Assembly: GCA_009602735.1 (NCBI GenBank)
Contig: WELA01003597.1
Span: forward strand, 291,505-355,504
Direction: 5' to 3'
Length of the DNA: 64,000 nt
DNA from: Mesotaenium endlicherianum
Taxonomy: Eukaryota
The position numbers and the translations under genes were made by a program. The first letter of the stretch is position 1; every line of letters starts with the position of its first letter. Positions 11,843 through 23,600 of the stretch are shown piece after piece. The notes under the pieces were generated by a model, which ran no database searches, was not told the DNA's origin, and worked only from the letters and a program-made list of their open reading frames with translations.

Positions 11843-14800
11843 TGTGCGCGTGTGTGTGTGTGTGTGTGTGCATATGCGCGTGTGTGTGTGTGCGTGTGCA
11901 AGAGTGTGTGTGCGCGTGTGTGTACGTGTGTGCGTGTGTGTGTTTGAATGAGTACACAGATGAAAGCAATGTATTTCAGTAGTACACAAGAATCCAATTT
12001 CAAGGGGGCACTGAGGCTTGCAAGCCGCAGCAGCAGCATCAACAAAGCCGAGGATGTCTGCATCAGAAGGGTCAATGTCTGACGGGCCCAAACACAGATG
12101 GCACGTCCCAAGCTGTGCCGTATGCGTGCCACGCGGCTGAGAGAGAGGCTCCCCTCTCCAGAGGAAGCACAGCGGAAGAGCCTGCCATGCAATGAAGGTC
12201 CTGCCTGCCTGCCACTTATTCTGTCTGTCTGTCTGTCAGTCTGCTTGTCTGCCCGCCCCTTCATCAGTCTGCCTGCCTACTTGTCTGCCTGCCTGCGTGT
12301 CATTCTATCTGGCTGTACACCTGTCTGTTTGTCACTTTGTTTGCCTGCCAGCCTGTCTGCCCATCTGCCTCAGCCAGCCAGCCAGCCAGCCAGCCACCTG
12401 GCCGATAGGCACAAGCATGCGCACCTGCGGGTGGATGGAGTTGAGCAGCGAGGTCTCCTTGAGGACGAACTTGTGCGCGTCTGCGAGCGCGTTATGCGCC
12501 GAGTAGTGACGCTGCGCCTCCCCGTGCTTCCTCTGCACGCCCGCCCTCACCCTCCCCTCAGCCCCATGAGACGCTCGTCACCTGGTGACAGCCTGGCTTC
12601 CGTCCCCCGCAGCGCCATGCATGCATGCACGCAGACTCACGGGCCAGCCCCTGGCCAGCCAACCAGTTGGTTGCGACACCAGCAAGCATAGAAGCTGCAT
12701 GCACATGCGCTGACAGGTGGCATTCTAAAGCCGTCTGCCATCTGTCAGAGAGGGAGGCAGGAAGAAGCTGGCAGTCACCTGGACATGGAGCGCCAGCTCA
12801 GCGAAGCGCCTCTCGTACCTGCACCGGGGTCGCGCATTTGCCCGGCCCATCCAAGTGTCAGGCGAGGGTGAGCCTACGTTGGGAGAAAATACGCAGCAGC
12901 CCAGCAGCAGCTGTTAATCCATAACAATCTTATTGAGAGGAACACCGCAGACATTCACTCAGAAACACAAACATGTTCTCGCTTGTGGGAGGACAACGAA
13001 GGAGCAGGAGGAAGAGAGGAGGAGAGGAGATGGAAGAAGGGAGAGAAGAGGGGAGAAGAGGGGAGAAGAGAGTAGGAGGAGAGGGAGGAGGGAAGGGTGA
13101 GTGGGTGTGACTGACTGGAGCAGCTCAGCGGGCGTGGCCACGTCGTCCGCCCGGCGCTGCAGCAGCAGCACCCGCCTGCTCTGCGTGGCCAGCGCCTGCA
13201 TCCCCTCGCCTCCCCCCCCTCCTCACCCACACACACACAGAGAGAGAGTGCAAAGAGCATTGTAAATGAAAACATGTCGACATATACTCACACACACACA
13301 CACACACTGCACACACATATCTCCACGCAGGAAGTCACACACACACACACGTACATGAACACAACGACACACAGACACACACACATGCCTCCCATCGCCC
13401 TCAATTACAGAGGAAGAGAATACTCCGACGGATGCCTGTGCACTCTCATACATACAGGTCACACACACACATAAGATCAAGAAGTGCGCTCCTGCCCTTG
13501 CACCACGGGAAGGGGGAGGCGTCTCCCACAGCCCATTCATATGTATGGTGGCTTTATCTGAGACCCACGAGTCAATACACAGACGGCAAAGCTTTACTCC
13601 TGCCTCTACGCTCACTGCAACTGACGATGCGGCAGTTTGCTCTTTATAGAATCCCCATTCACAGAGTGACACGAAACTGATCTGGGGAGTGCTTGGCCCT
13701 GCGGATGCGGAATCGCACGCACGCTTGGTCCCAAGTGCTTGCGGCGTGGCCACTGGTACATCGCCAAGTGGCAGCATTAAGTGCTCTTACGCCTAAGAGG
13801 TGTGGGCAAGAGAAGGAAAATGGGGAGAGAGACAGAGGGATGGGGGGGCAGGGGAGAAAGCGGGGGCGTACCGCTCGGAGCACCAAGGACTGTTGGATTT
13901 CAGCATCAAGGGCCCTCGCAGCCTCTGCTTGCACCTTCTCCACCCTCAGAGCTGCCGCGCGTGAGAGCCCCTCCCGCTGCTGCTGCTGCTGCAGCTGGGC
14001 AAGGAGGTGCCTCTGCTGGGAGTGCTGCGCCGTGGCGTGCCCCACCTCCTGCTGCACTGCCTGCGCCGTCATCGCCCCCATCCGCCCCTTTCTTTGCTTG
14101 AGCTTCTTCTTCTCGTCATGAGAGAAACCAGAAGGGCGTGCGCGCAGGGGGGGTGTGGGGGGGAAAAGAACAAAATCTCAATTTTGTTTTCCTTTGGCTT
14201 TAGATTTCCTTTTTTTTTACTCGAAGGGGTCCGCAGCTCCCCGGACCGATCAGGAGACCAGTGAGCAAAACCATTTCAATTGTTCCGGAGCGAGAGATTC
14301 TTTTTCGTTTTTAACACCTATGGCTTTGTCTTAATGCTTTTTTCCCGAGGTGAATCTCAAAAATAGACATTTTCGGGAAAAATCTAGGGCTCTCTAGATT
14401 CGCAGAAAAAAATAGAACCCCCTGCCGGCCCCGGAGGGGCTCAATGAGCTGGGACTTTGATTATTTGATCCAAATAGGCTTAGTAGGACTCGAACCTACA
14501 ATATCACCGTTATGAGCGGTGCGTTTGAACCGATTAAACTACAAGCCCTCATAAAAAGAGTGCACATATATTTCTATCGAAGATTTTTTCTCACCCCACC
14601 TTTTCCAGAATATTGTGGGGGGCCCTTTGGGCTCTAAGACTCTAGAGCATTAGGCCAAGGCTAAGGCTTCCCGGAGGGGGGGGGCAAAAATGTCTATCAT
14701 CCCCCCACCTCGCATAGGGCAAAGGTGGGGGGGATGACCTCTAGGTTTTTGGTCGTTTTCTGCCCGGGGTTCGGGAGGGAATCTAGATTTTGTCCCGAAT

Positions 14801-17607
14801 GTCTATTTTTCCCGCCGAGCGACTATGGAGCTCCAGAGCAAGCAAAGGTCTCCCCGCCCGATGCAGGTAGAAAAGGGAAGGGGGAGCATCCCCCCCACCT
14901 TTTAATTCATATTGTGGGGGGGATGAGAGATCCCCAGGGGTCCCGGAGGGCCCTTTGGGCAAGGCCTTGCCCAAAGGGCCCTCCGGGAAGCCTTAGCCTT
15001 GGCTGCCCCCGACCACAAAAGAAATATTTTTCCCGTAGGGCCTCCCGCCCCGGGCTGCCCCCCGAAGGGGGGCACGTCGCCCCCTGCCCAAAGGGCAAAA
15101 AAACTCTACGGGCCCAAAGGGATGTCGGGGAAGGAGAACAAAAGATTTCGTTCTCCTTAGGCCAAGGGCCCCTTCGGGACCCCCGACAAGAAAAATTAAA
15201 AGGTTTCCCGGAGGGGCCCTTTGGGCAGGGCCGGCATAGGGCGGGAAGCTCTAAGGCTCTAGATTTTTACTCCCATCCCCCCGCCCTCCCCCCCCACAAT
15301 ATAGATTAAGAGGTGCCCTTTGGGCGGCAGCCGGCATAGGGCGGGGGAGAAGTCGGGGGGAAAGGTCGGGGGCCTATGATTTAGATTCTTCTTCTCTCGC
15401 CCGTAGACAATAATATAGGTTTTGGCCTTCTCCTCCCGCCCTATGCCGGCCCTGCCCAAAGGGCAAAAACCTTGAAGATCATATTGTGGGGCGAACCCCA
15501 GGGGAAAAATGTACATCATCCCCCCCACCTCTGAAGAGCTATTGTGGGGGGGATGATGTACATTTTTCCCCCCATCCCCCGACATTACTTTGGGCCCGGC
15601 AGCCCGGGGCGGGGGGAAAATGTTGATTTTGTTCTCTGGGGCTTTTCCCCGAAGAGCTATGTCATTCATAGCAGACATAATTGGGGAGGATGCATGATAA
15701 TGCATCTTCCCCTTTCCCATTTAAGAGTTTAAAATACGAATAAGATTAAAAACGCCATCATTAGTGCAAACAAGGCGATTGCTTCGGTTAAAGCAAACCC
15801 TAAANCGGCAAGCTACCAGGCCCCCATGGAACACCACAGGACAAAGACGACGACAACCTGCCAGGTGTCTGTCGCACTCGAGGAGCCGATGAGGGTGCGG
15901 GGGGGAGTTGCTCACCGGATAGACGAGGAGGAGGAGGAGGAGGAGAAGGGGGAGGAGCAGTGCAGTCCCTCCAGGCCCTGCCCCTCCCTCGAGTACCCAA
16001 CAATCCAGCCGGCCTCTTGTCAGATGGTGGAACATGGAGAAGAAAAGACCTCACGTTGGCAGATACCTGCTTGCCCATACTCACTCTCCCTCTAGCAGCA
16101 GGTTATTTAAGCTACACAATCACACGCACGACACACACACACACCTGATGAGAGGCCGCAGGTGTGGTGGGGAAGCAGGAGGAGGTGCTTCGCAGGTGGT
16201 GTAGCGCGTGCATCCGCATCTGCTTTCCCCCTCCCCACGGGTGCACCATCACAGAGCACGCCAGAATAGATCTGGATTATGAGCCGAAGGAAGTTTTGAC
16301 AAGTAAGGCGCCTGCCGCCGTACGTCCCTGGCTGTCCAGGAAGCCTTAGCACACAAGTCGCAGCGAGCAGCAGCGGCAGCAGCAGCAGTGCTATAGCAAG
16401 TGCGGCTTTGACGACTTCAGCAGGACCGACAGCTGGCCCTTGAGTGAAAATTGCGCAAGGCAGACACCACAGACTGGGGGACAGGGGAAAGGGGAGAGAG
16501 AGAGGGAGAGAGGGAGAGCGCACGCGTGCGCTCACCTGGCGGCCGTGGTGGTGGCGCATGGACAGCACTCGTCGGCACAGCCAGCGCAGCAGCGGCAGCA
16601 GCGAGGGGTAGTCGAGGCCCTGGATCTGGTGCGCCTGCAGCTCGTGCGGGCACTCCATGCGCCGCAGGGCCCTCTCAATGGCCTCGCCCACTTTTCTGCA
16701 TCACACATACTCGCGCGCGCGCGAGCACGCACCGTCACGCACGGTCACACACGCATGCACGCACTCGCGGTCACGCACAGGCAGATGCGGACCATGCACG
16801 GGCGAGTACGTATCGATGAAGGCACGCCAACAGGCACAGACGCATGCGGCCACGCGCATGCGCATGCGAGCACGCAAACACGTGCGGACACGCGTATAGG
16901 CAGACACACATGAATGTGCACACGCGATTTTGCACAGACATGGACAGGCATACACCTGTGCGCACGTGTACATGCGCGCGCGAGTGCAGTGAACCAAGGC
17001 ACCTGCAACGCATCTGCTTGCTCACGGCCATGGAGGCAAGTGAAGAACAACAAGCTGAGGAGACCAGCGGAGTGGGGATTGGAAATGGCACAGCTGAGTC
17101 AAGCAAGCGCGTGATAGGTCCAGGTGTGCGACCACAATTACGAGTAAGAACAAGCACTGCTGCCATTGCAAGCTACCAAGACCGCCCCATGTCACTTATT
17201 GCATTTTGGGGAGGCACATGCGAACATGGCACTGCTTAAAAAGACGACGATCGTAAAAGCGAGTGGAGATTGCTCCACGGCAGATGCAGAAAGGGGGGCT
17301 GCTGTGGTGTAGGGCGAAGCAGAGCAAGCTCAGCGAGACAGGCATGAGAGGATATGATGATATACATTTTGTCACCCAGAGTGGCATCATCATCATATGT
17401 CAGGTCTATATCCACCTGTGTGGTGCACGCTGCTATGCACCAGGCGAGTCCACCTGTCAGCTTGTCAAAGGGCGACAGGCTGGCAATGCGTGCTCTGTAG
17501 TAACCGGCCTGCAGGAGCAACTGCTCCATCTCCAGCAGCATTGCGTCATACTCTGCATTGTCAGCTCTAGCATCTTTATGCCGCCTTCCGTTTAAAATTT
17601 TCTCCAT
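10885..17607 (-). CDS. CCDC93: CCDC93 (CCC/Commander complex subunit); exons 17607-17366, 16695-16536, 16219-16145, ~14112-13872, 13195-13116, 12818-12779, 12532-12425, 11711-11631, 11269-11147, 10953-10885
   Basis: N-terminus [28 protein letters not shown]...[15 protein letters not shown] and C-terminal coiled coil [22 protein letters not shown]...KETSLLNSI are CCDC93 signatures. The spliced exons are in phase. The middle of the gene is uncertain: there is a single-N join at 15805 and a weak acceptor near 14112. Confidence 0.88.
11588..11942. repeat. (CA)n and (GT)n microsatellites flanking CCDC93 exon 11711-11631
   Basis: (CA)n at 11588-11630 and a long interrupted (GT)n at 11765-11942. 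The two tracts are complementary and bracket the exon. Confidence 0.9.
14475..14548 (-). tRNA. trnI-CAU: tRNA with CAU anticodon, mitochondrial-type trnI(CAU) (lysidine-modified Ile tRNA)
   Basis: The minus strand reads GGGCTTGTAGTTTAATCGGTTCAAACGCACCGCTCATAACGGTGATATTGTAGGTTCGAGTCCTACTAAGCCTA. It folds as a cloverleaf: acceptor GGGCTTG/TAAGCCT, anticodon stem CACCG/CGGTG with loop CTCATAA, T-loop TTCGAGT. It closely resembles my recollection of streptophyte mitochondrial trnI(CAU); the Ile versus Met identity rests on that resemblance. Confidence 0.9.
14600..15620. repeat. Cluster of GC-rich short palindromic dispersed repeats (organelle-type)
   Basis: Recurrent GCCCAAAGGGC/GCCCTTTGGGC, GCCGGCATAGGGCGGG, ATATTGTGGGG and CATCCCCCCCAC units. 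Perfect 28-bp inverted repeat at 15501-15528/15544-15571. Confidence 0.8.
15729..15803 (-). pseudogene. atp9: 3' fragment of mitochondrial ATP synthase subunit 9 (c)
   Basis: Translates [24 protein letters not shown], the conserved atp9 C-terminal helix with the proton-binding Glu. Codons are AT-rich. Truncated at the N at 15805. Confidence 0.92.
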
Positions 17608-18489
17608 TCTATGCGCCCAGTCACCTGCTATATCTTTTAAAGCGAGCGTGCCATTTTGGCGAGGACGTGAGTCAGATATATATGCATAAACAGCTCTTGT
17701 TGGTCACGAGTAATGCTTTATTTTAGTCATCTCTGTACTAATGAATCATGGATATCAACACCATGTTGTTTGCAATTAAAACTACTGAAAATTAGACTAT
17801 AAGGTAATCCACTTTCCTGATCCCCCATAAGCAGAGGACGGCAAATTAGCAGGTGGCAAGGCATGGCTGGGCATGGCCAAGCCATCCTCTTCCTCCGCTT
17901 GCTAGGTGGAGAAAATTTCGCTTGTCACAATTCAAACGAAATCTTTGAGTTACGGTTGTATTTGCCAAAGATTTTCGGGAATATTTTGACACAGTATTAA
18001 TGATTTCGGCGCCCGTTTTCGCGACTTCTATCCACTTGACGGTGCCGCACGCGCAGCGGAAGTCACGGCCGCCCAGGTACGGGAAGTCAGCATTGACTCA
18101 CCGACCAGAGGACCGAGTTATCTCAGTCAGCGGTCATGTTGAAGTCTTTATCACTGTCAAAGTGGTCACGACACGTCAAACCCACACCCAGGACTGGATG
18201 GGGATTTGGACAGAGTAGTCAGCCGAAAGGCTAGGGGCATGGAACCAGCAATGAGCCAGCCCAGCGAGTGCCAAGAAAGGTACTTATCAATCGGCTATCC
18301 AAGCCAAGTACTGCAGGGATGTTGCAAAGGGCGTTGTGTGCCGCATCGGCCAGACCCTCAGGTGACTAGTCACGGCTTGAGCGTTCACCCTAAACACTGC
18401 CAGCCAGCCACATAGGCGTGATTGTCAGCTGAAAGGCTAAGTGGTCACGCGCGACAATCCCAATGCATGCATGCATGCTGAATGACAAC

Positions 18490-18925
18490 TTCTAAGCTGT
18501 GTGAGAGCTGCTGGGTAAGGACGGCATGCAAGCTAAGCGCTGTGACTAAGCACTGGCATTCTCGAGAGAGGACAGTGTGTGGTGCCTGTGAAAGGCACGA
18601 GTCCTGCCTAAAGCTGCCTCATTCTTGCTCGCATCGTTGTCAAAGGAAGCTGAAGAAGCAGAAGGAGCGCGAAGAAGATGGAGTTCCCAAGGCCATAGAA
18701 GAGCCGGGGCGCCACGCTTCTACCGACGCTGGAAGATTTCTTCCTAAGTGTATCATAGAAAGGTTAGACCTCAGGAGTTCCCAAGAGAGGATCTCGCTGG
18801 TAGAAAGTAGAGAGCTGCATAATAGGATCTGTTAGGAGATTAGCACAGATTTGGGTCAAACACCGCAAGCGTGCGAGGTCACTTAAAATGGTGAGTGCTG
18901 TGTTAGTTTCCAAGTTCTCAGAAGT
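18490..18925 (+). repeat. Diverged dispersed repeat (probably transposon/LTR-derived), copy 1; copy 2 at ~45735-46192
   Basis: Collinear shared blocks: gtgcctNtgaaaggca, cccaaggcca, cacgcttctRccgacgctNgaagat, caagcgtgcga, tgtgttagtttYcaagttctcag. Confidence 0.7.
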
Positions 18926-20680
18926 CTCAATTGTCGAATTGCTGATAGCAAGAGTAGCTCTCAGTGAAGAGCTGAGTGAGCCCAGCCAAGCAGTGAAGAG
19001 CTGTTAAGGCGCGGTGTTGAGCGAAGAGCTCAGGCCAGGCCAGCATAGATGTGCAGTCCAAAGTTTTGTAAGCTGTGACTTGTGGAAGTTAAGCGAAAGC
19101 CTTGAAGGGCGATTTTCTCTGAACCTGGCATTGCCTGTTAAGCTGCTTAGACGTGATTTCTGCAAACTACAAACTTGTTCATTCTGTAAACCCTCAACTT
19201 GGGCGAAAGCCTGTGTGGAAGTAAGACGCTTCTGTCCTTGTAAGGGAAACTGAAGATAAGCTATCTTTTCGAAAATTTCTACTAAGTGTTGAATGAGGAA
19301 TTGGTTGAACATGGGAAGCACTGAGTGTGGGATGCCTCACCGCATGATGCAAGTGCAGGAAGACCAGGAATGGGTCAAACCCCAACCAGTCTGTCACCGA
19401 CACACGTGCAAGGGACGATCAACCCTGTCGATCCCCACGTGCAGCGACGCACCGACACGTCAACCAAGTCGAAGGCACACGTGCTGAGAAGCCACGCACG
19501 TGCCAGGGGTCCGACGCTGTTAGGCACGACACCGTCGATGGAACAAAACCTCGATGCATGGGGGCCCCCATGCATGCATCCATCTGATCGAGCAGCCAGT
19601 CTAGAAAGTAGTCAGACTCCTTTCTTTCCCCTCGGTAAATTACGGGCAGTGGATGTAAAGAAAGTACAATATATCATCGTTGTCCCGCCCTAAGCGGAGA
19701 GAAGAGGGGCGAGAACACGCGCGATTATTAGTACGAAGTCTGTCAGAGTGAGGTAGCAGGCAAACTTTCAAGACACAACCAGCAATATTTTGCTTAGTGA
19801 CATTCACAACCTATTTCTTCTATCAAAAAGACATATGAACCGTAGTGTGAAGAATCTCTAGGTTATTGAACCACCTCACTATTTTAACACTGCCAAGCTG
19901 GCTGCCAACAATTCCCCTTTCTTTGGTATGATTTGGTTTGATGTGCGAAGGGCATGGATGCAGTGATATGCAACACGGGATATGAAGGTGTGCCCAAGTT
20001 TCCTGTATATAAGTAGTTTCGAAATCGCTTTGCCCATCTTTTTGCAGACTGACGCCCCGTCCGCATCTCTGGGGGTGAGAGTTTGTGGAGTTGTTTGTGA
20101 AGCAATATCAACACTTCTTCTTATTTCACATTGGCACCGTATGGCAATCATTAAAAGTGGCACAAGACAGGATCATGCTTTAGATAGACTGCTCTTTATG
20201 CATAGGCACCATGCCGCTAAAACATCTACATTAGCAAATAATATATCTCTTGAAGCAAGCTCCTAAATAGTAGCTGATGGAATAAGCATCTTAAGTTCAT
20301 ATATTGTCCTCTACTACATATACTTACACGTACCTTGCAAGTGAATGTGACTGCAACCTCAATGCCAAACACAAGCTAACCTGAGAATATACTTCTACTC
20401 GCGTGAGATGTGCAAGAGGCACATTCTGCCTACTACCTGCTAGTCATTTTACCACGATGCCCAAAATAAATATTGAATCGGCATAAAAGCTATTACAGCT
20501 CTATCTGCATATGCTACATATATTTAGTGCACTGAGGGCTTCAGAAAGCCTCTACACATGTCATAAGAATGTCCCAGTGCACTTAATTGGAAAAGCAAAA
20601 CACCAGCAATCAACCATCAATACCAGAACGTGTAGCCACCAGACAAGGTACACAATAAGTCGCATAGTCACTTGGCTGCT

Positions 20681-23600
20681 TCACTCCTCGAGGCCAGGGT
20701 TCAGACCGCAGTCCTGATCAGGGCCCGGCTCGCATCCAAACACGTATGCCTGCTCGTACTTGCCCATCCTGTTCCACCCGACCCGAACATTCTTGGGTTG
20801 TTAGACCACACTCAAGTCCCTGCATATGCCATGTGCCATGTGTCTCTGTCCCTAGGTAGTATATGTGATAGCCACGCCATTGTCGTTGCGAGCACCCCCT
20901 GATCTCCCAAGGAAGTAACAGAGTTGTCTGAAGCTGAGAGTGCTCACCCTGCTTTGCCCGAGAAGACGGGGTTGAAGTTGTAAATGAGCAGCTCGTTCTC
21001 CTCCTGTCTCGACCGCGGCTTATGCCATGACTTGCGCGCTTCACTGCAACACCAAAGCACAGTTGCCAAGGGGACCAGAGCTTTAATAGAATCTTTACAA
21101 CCTCATGCCAATGACTAACATCCGAGTCTGCTCGTCTCTGTGAAGGACCAGGAAACTTCTGTGGCCAGCAGAGGTTTGGGTAAAGGTAGTAGCAGAGCTA
21201 GCTCAAACACAACCATGTGCGGGCGCTCCCCTTGCGATATCGAGGGGGGCAACTTACTTCACGAAGAAGCCGGCTGCAGTCTGGGTGATGGCGACGGCAT
21301 CAGCAGTGTGCGGAATGACACTCAGTCCCCACTCGAACGCATTCTTCTGCTCAACCATCAGACAAACGGGTCAAGAACAAGACCATCAATATGCCCTGCG
21401 CTTAAAAGTTGTAGGACAACACGTGGAGCAATGTGTCGGCCTGACATGCATCCCCCCCCCCNNNNNNNNNNNNNNNNNNNNNNNNNNNNNNNNNNNNNNN
21501 NNNNNNNNNNNNNNNNNNNNNNNNNNNNNNNNNNNNNNNNNNNNNNNNNNNNNNNNNNNNNNNNNNNNNNNNNNNNNNNNNNNNNNNNNNNNNNNNNNNN
21601 NNNNNCCCCACCCACCCTTCCATTTCAGGAGTGCAATCGAAGTCGACCTTACCTCAGGGTGCCACTGAAGAGAAGTGATGGGGTACTGCTTCGCCTCCAT
21701 GGACGATACGTACACCTGCAAAGACCCTCCAGACTTTCGTCAGCCACGCTTCAGTGCAGGCTTCACGCTACCATGCGCACCACTCGAGCGCCCACACATT
21801 GCAACAACCAACCCCGTCCCTGCATCGGAAGCAGCGCTCGTACCTTGCCGTTGTCGTCGATGGAGGTGGTGAGCACGTTGAAGAAGTCGGACAGCTCCTT
21901 GCTGGCCGCAAACGCCTCAGGTGATAGGCCCCACTGCAGCACAGGCACTCGTCCACACACAGCAAGTCACAATCTGCAATGAAGCTCCTCTGTTGAAAGT
22001 GTCCAGCCAGGATGCAGACAAAGGGATTTCGCATGGATGGTTTAAGACATGCCAGGACTAGCAGGATCAGAGAGCACAGAAGGGTGGCCCTGCTTGTGCA
22101 CATCCCATACATGTTGCAGGGAAGGAGTGCGCTACGCCAACGAGCAGCTCCAGGCTGCTACATCAACAAAGGGCTTCGGACTAGCAATCTCAGCTCATCG
22201 CACAGCAGTGTTATGTGTTCAGTGCAGCATGCAAACAGGTTGGCTCACGAGGATAGGCCTGGTGAGAGCAAAATAAACGTACGACGTGGTTCTCCATGGT
22301 GAGGTCGTAGCGCGTCAACTTGTCGAGGAGAGCAGGTGACATCCTGCCCACCCACAAGCATGCAGCGAGTCTGATCAGCCTCCTCCGTCGTTGTCTACAG
22401 AATAGACCGGTGCTAAGGGGGCACGTCACACTTCCTCTGCCTCAAGTCCTACTTTGAGAACCAGGTACGAGCTTTACAAAATACGCCCAGGGGCAAGAGA
22501 AGAGCTCACCATTCGAACATGTTGCGATTCTTCGCCCATGGTCCTGCAAAATGTAAGGTTGACGGCCTCTTTGCGCTGAAGCGGTCAAATATTTTGCGCC
22601 CCTTCTGCATCGTGACCCATCGTAACTCTCGAAATGAGCGTTCAATCCAAGTACTAGTGATAGAGAAATCACAAGACGAGAAACACATGTGCCTTAGTCT
22701 AGTCAATGGGGACTGTTCCTTTTTTATTAACACGCTTATTGTGATGTTCACAAGTTGTACTGAAAATACAAAGGGGACTTGTGCAACTGCACACCGCTCT
22801 CAGTGTGGGGGCTCTGTAATATTTTTGAGTTCAATAAGAATTGAAACACAAAGTAGTAGAATGACGAGGTGAAGATGGTAGCAGGGCACGAGATTGACAC
22901 CTTGCTGATGGTCATGGTTACCATCTCCATCCCCAGGCATGTTGCTTGCACGGGAAAATAATCCCCAGCATTGTTCGCATCCATTGCCATCTGTGTCACA
23001 TTCACTCAAGGAGGTCTCGTCATCAAATGCCGCGCTGGTCCAGTTGCTCTGCCACTTGGCACTACCCAGTACGTCACTGATGAGCAAGGACCTGAAGTGT
23101 CATGTATACAAGGCCTCCTTGCTACTCGCCTACGTATGATCTCCCACAGCAAGTATTTGTTTACGATGTCCCATAACTATGTCTCATGATGCATGAACCA
23201 GTTTATCTCGTCTATTGATGAACAAGAACTATCAGGGGCCCTCCCCCTCGGTCACCTGGTATAGTTCTGCCTTCTAATACAAAAAGAGACTTGCAAAATA
23301 GACCATTGCTTGTGCTTCACCCTAATGAAGCCCACTTTGCCTGCTGACTGCTTACTTGTAGCAAGTCTTGCGCAACTTTGAGGAATAGGCCACGCTTTTT
23401 TGCACCTCCACCGGGCAACAACAGGCCATTAATAGCTCTAAATTTCTGCCAACCCAGGCATCAAGTCACCATTCCGAGCCGCATTGCTGAAAAAGTGAGT
23501 TTGCTGCGTGCCTTTCTATATATTGGTCTTCAATATGCAACCAATATGTCATCAACAAAGTGCTAATACTGATCAACTGTAAGTCTTATTGCAAGCCAGT

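Larger units (their letters stand above)
14160..15804. other. Mitochondrial-type DNA segment (NUMT or mis-joined mtDNA) inside a CCDC93 intron
   Basis: Abrupt change in sequence character. Contains a plant-mitochondrial-type trnI(CAU), the 3' end of atp9 and GC-rich short palindromic repeats. The right end abuts a single N at 15805. Confidence 0.85.

Noticed and set aside
11259..12264. ORFs with CV/HT dipeptide repeats
   Set aside because: These are translations of (GT)n/(CA)n microsatellites inside CCDC93 introns.
14475..14548. Calling the tRNA a nuclear tRNA-Met
   Set aside because: Its sequence resembles mitochondrial trnI(CAU) and it sits beside atp9; it is not a cytosolic-type Met tRNA.
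14725..15732. ORFs of 150-190 aa within the mitochondrial-type segment
   Set aside because: They are chance ORFs across GC-rich palindromic repeats with no recognisable motifs.
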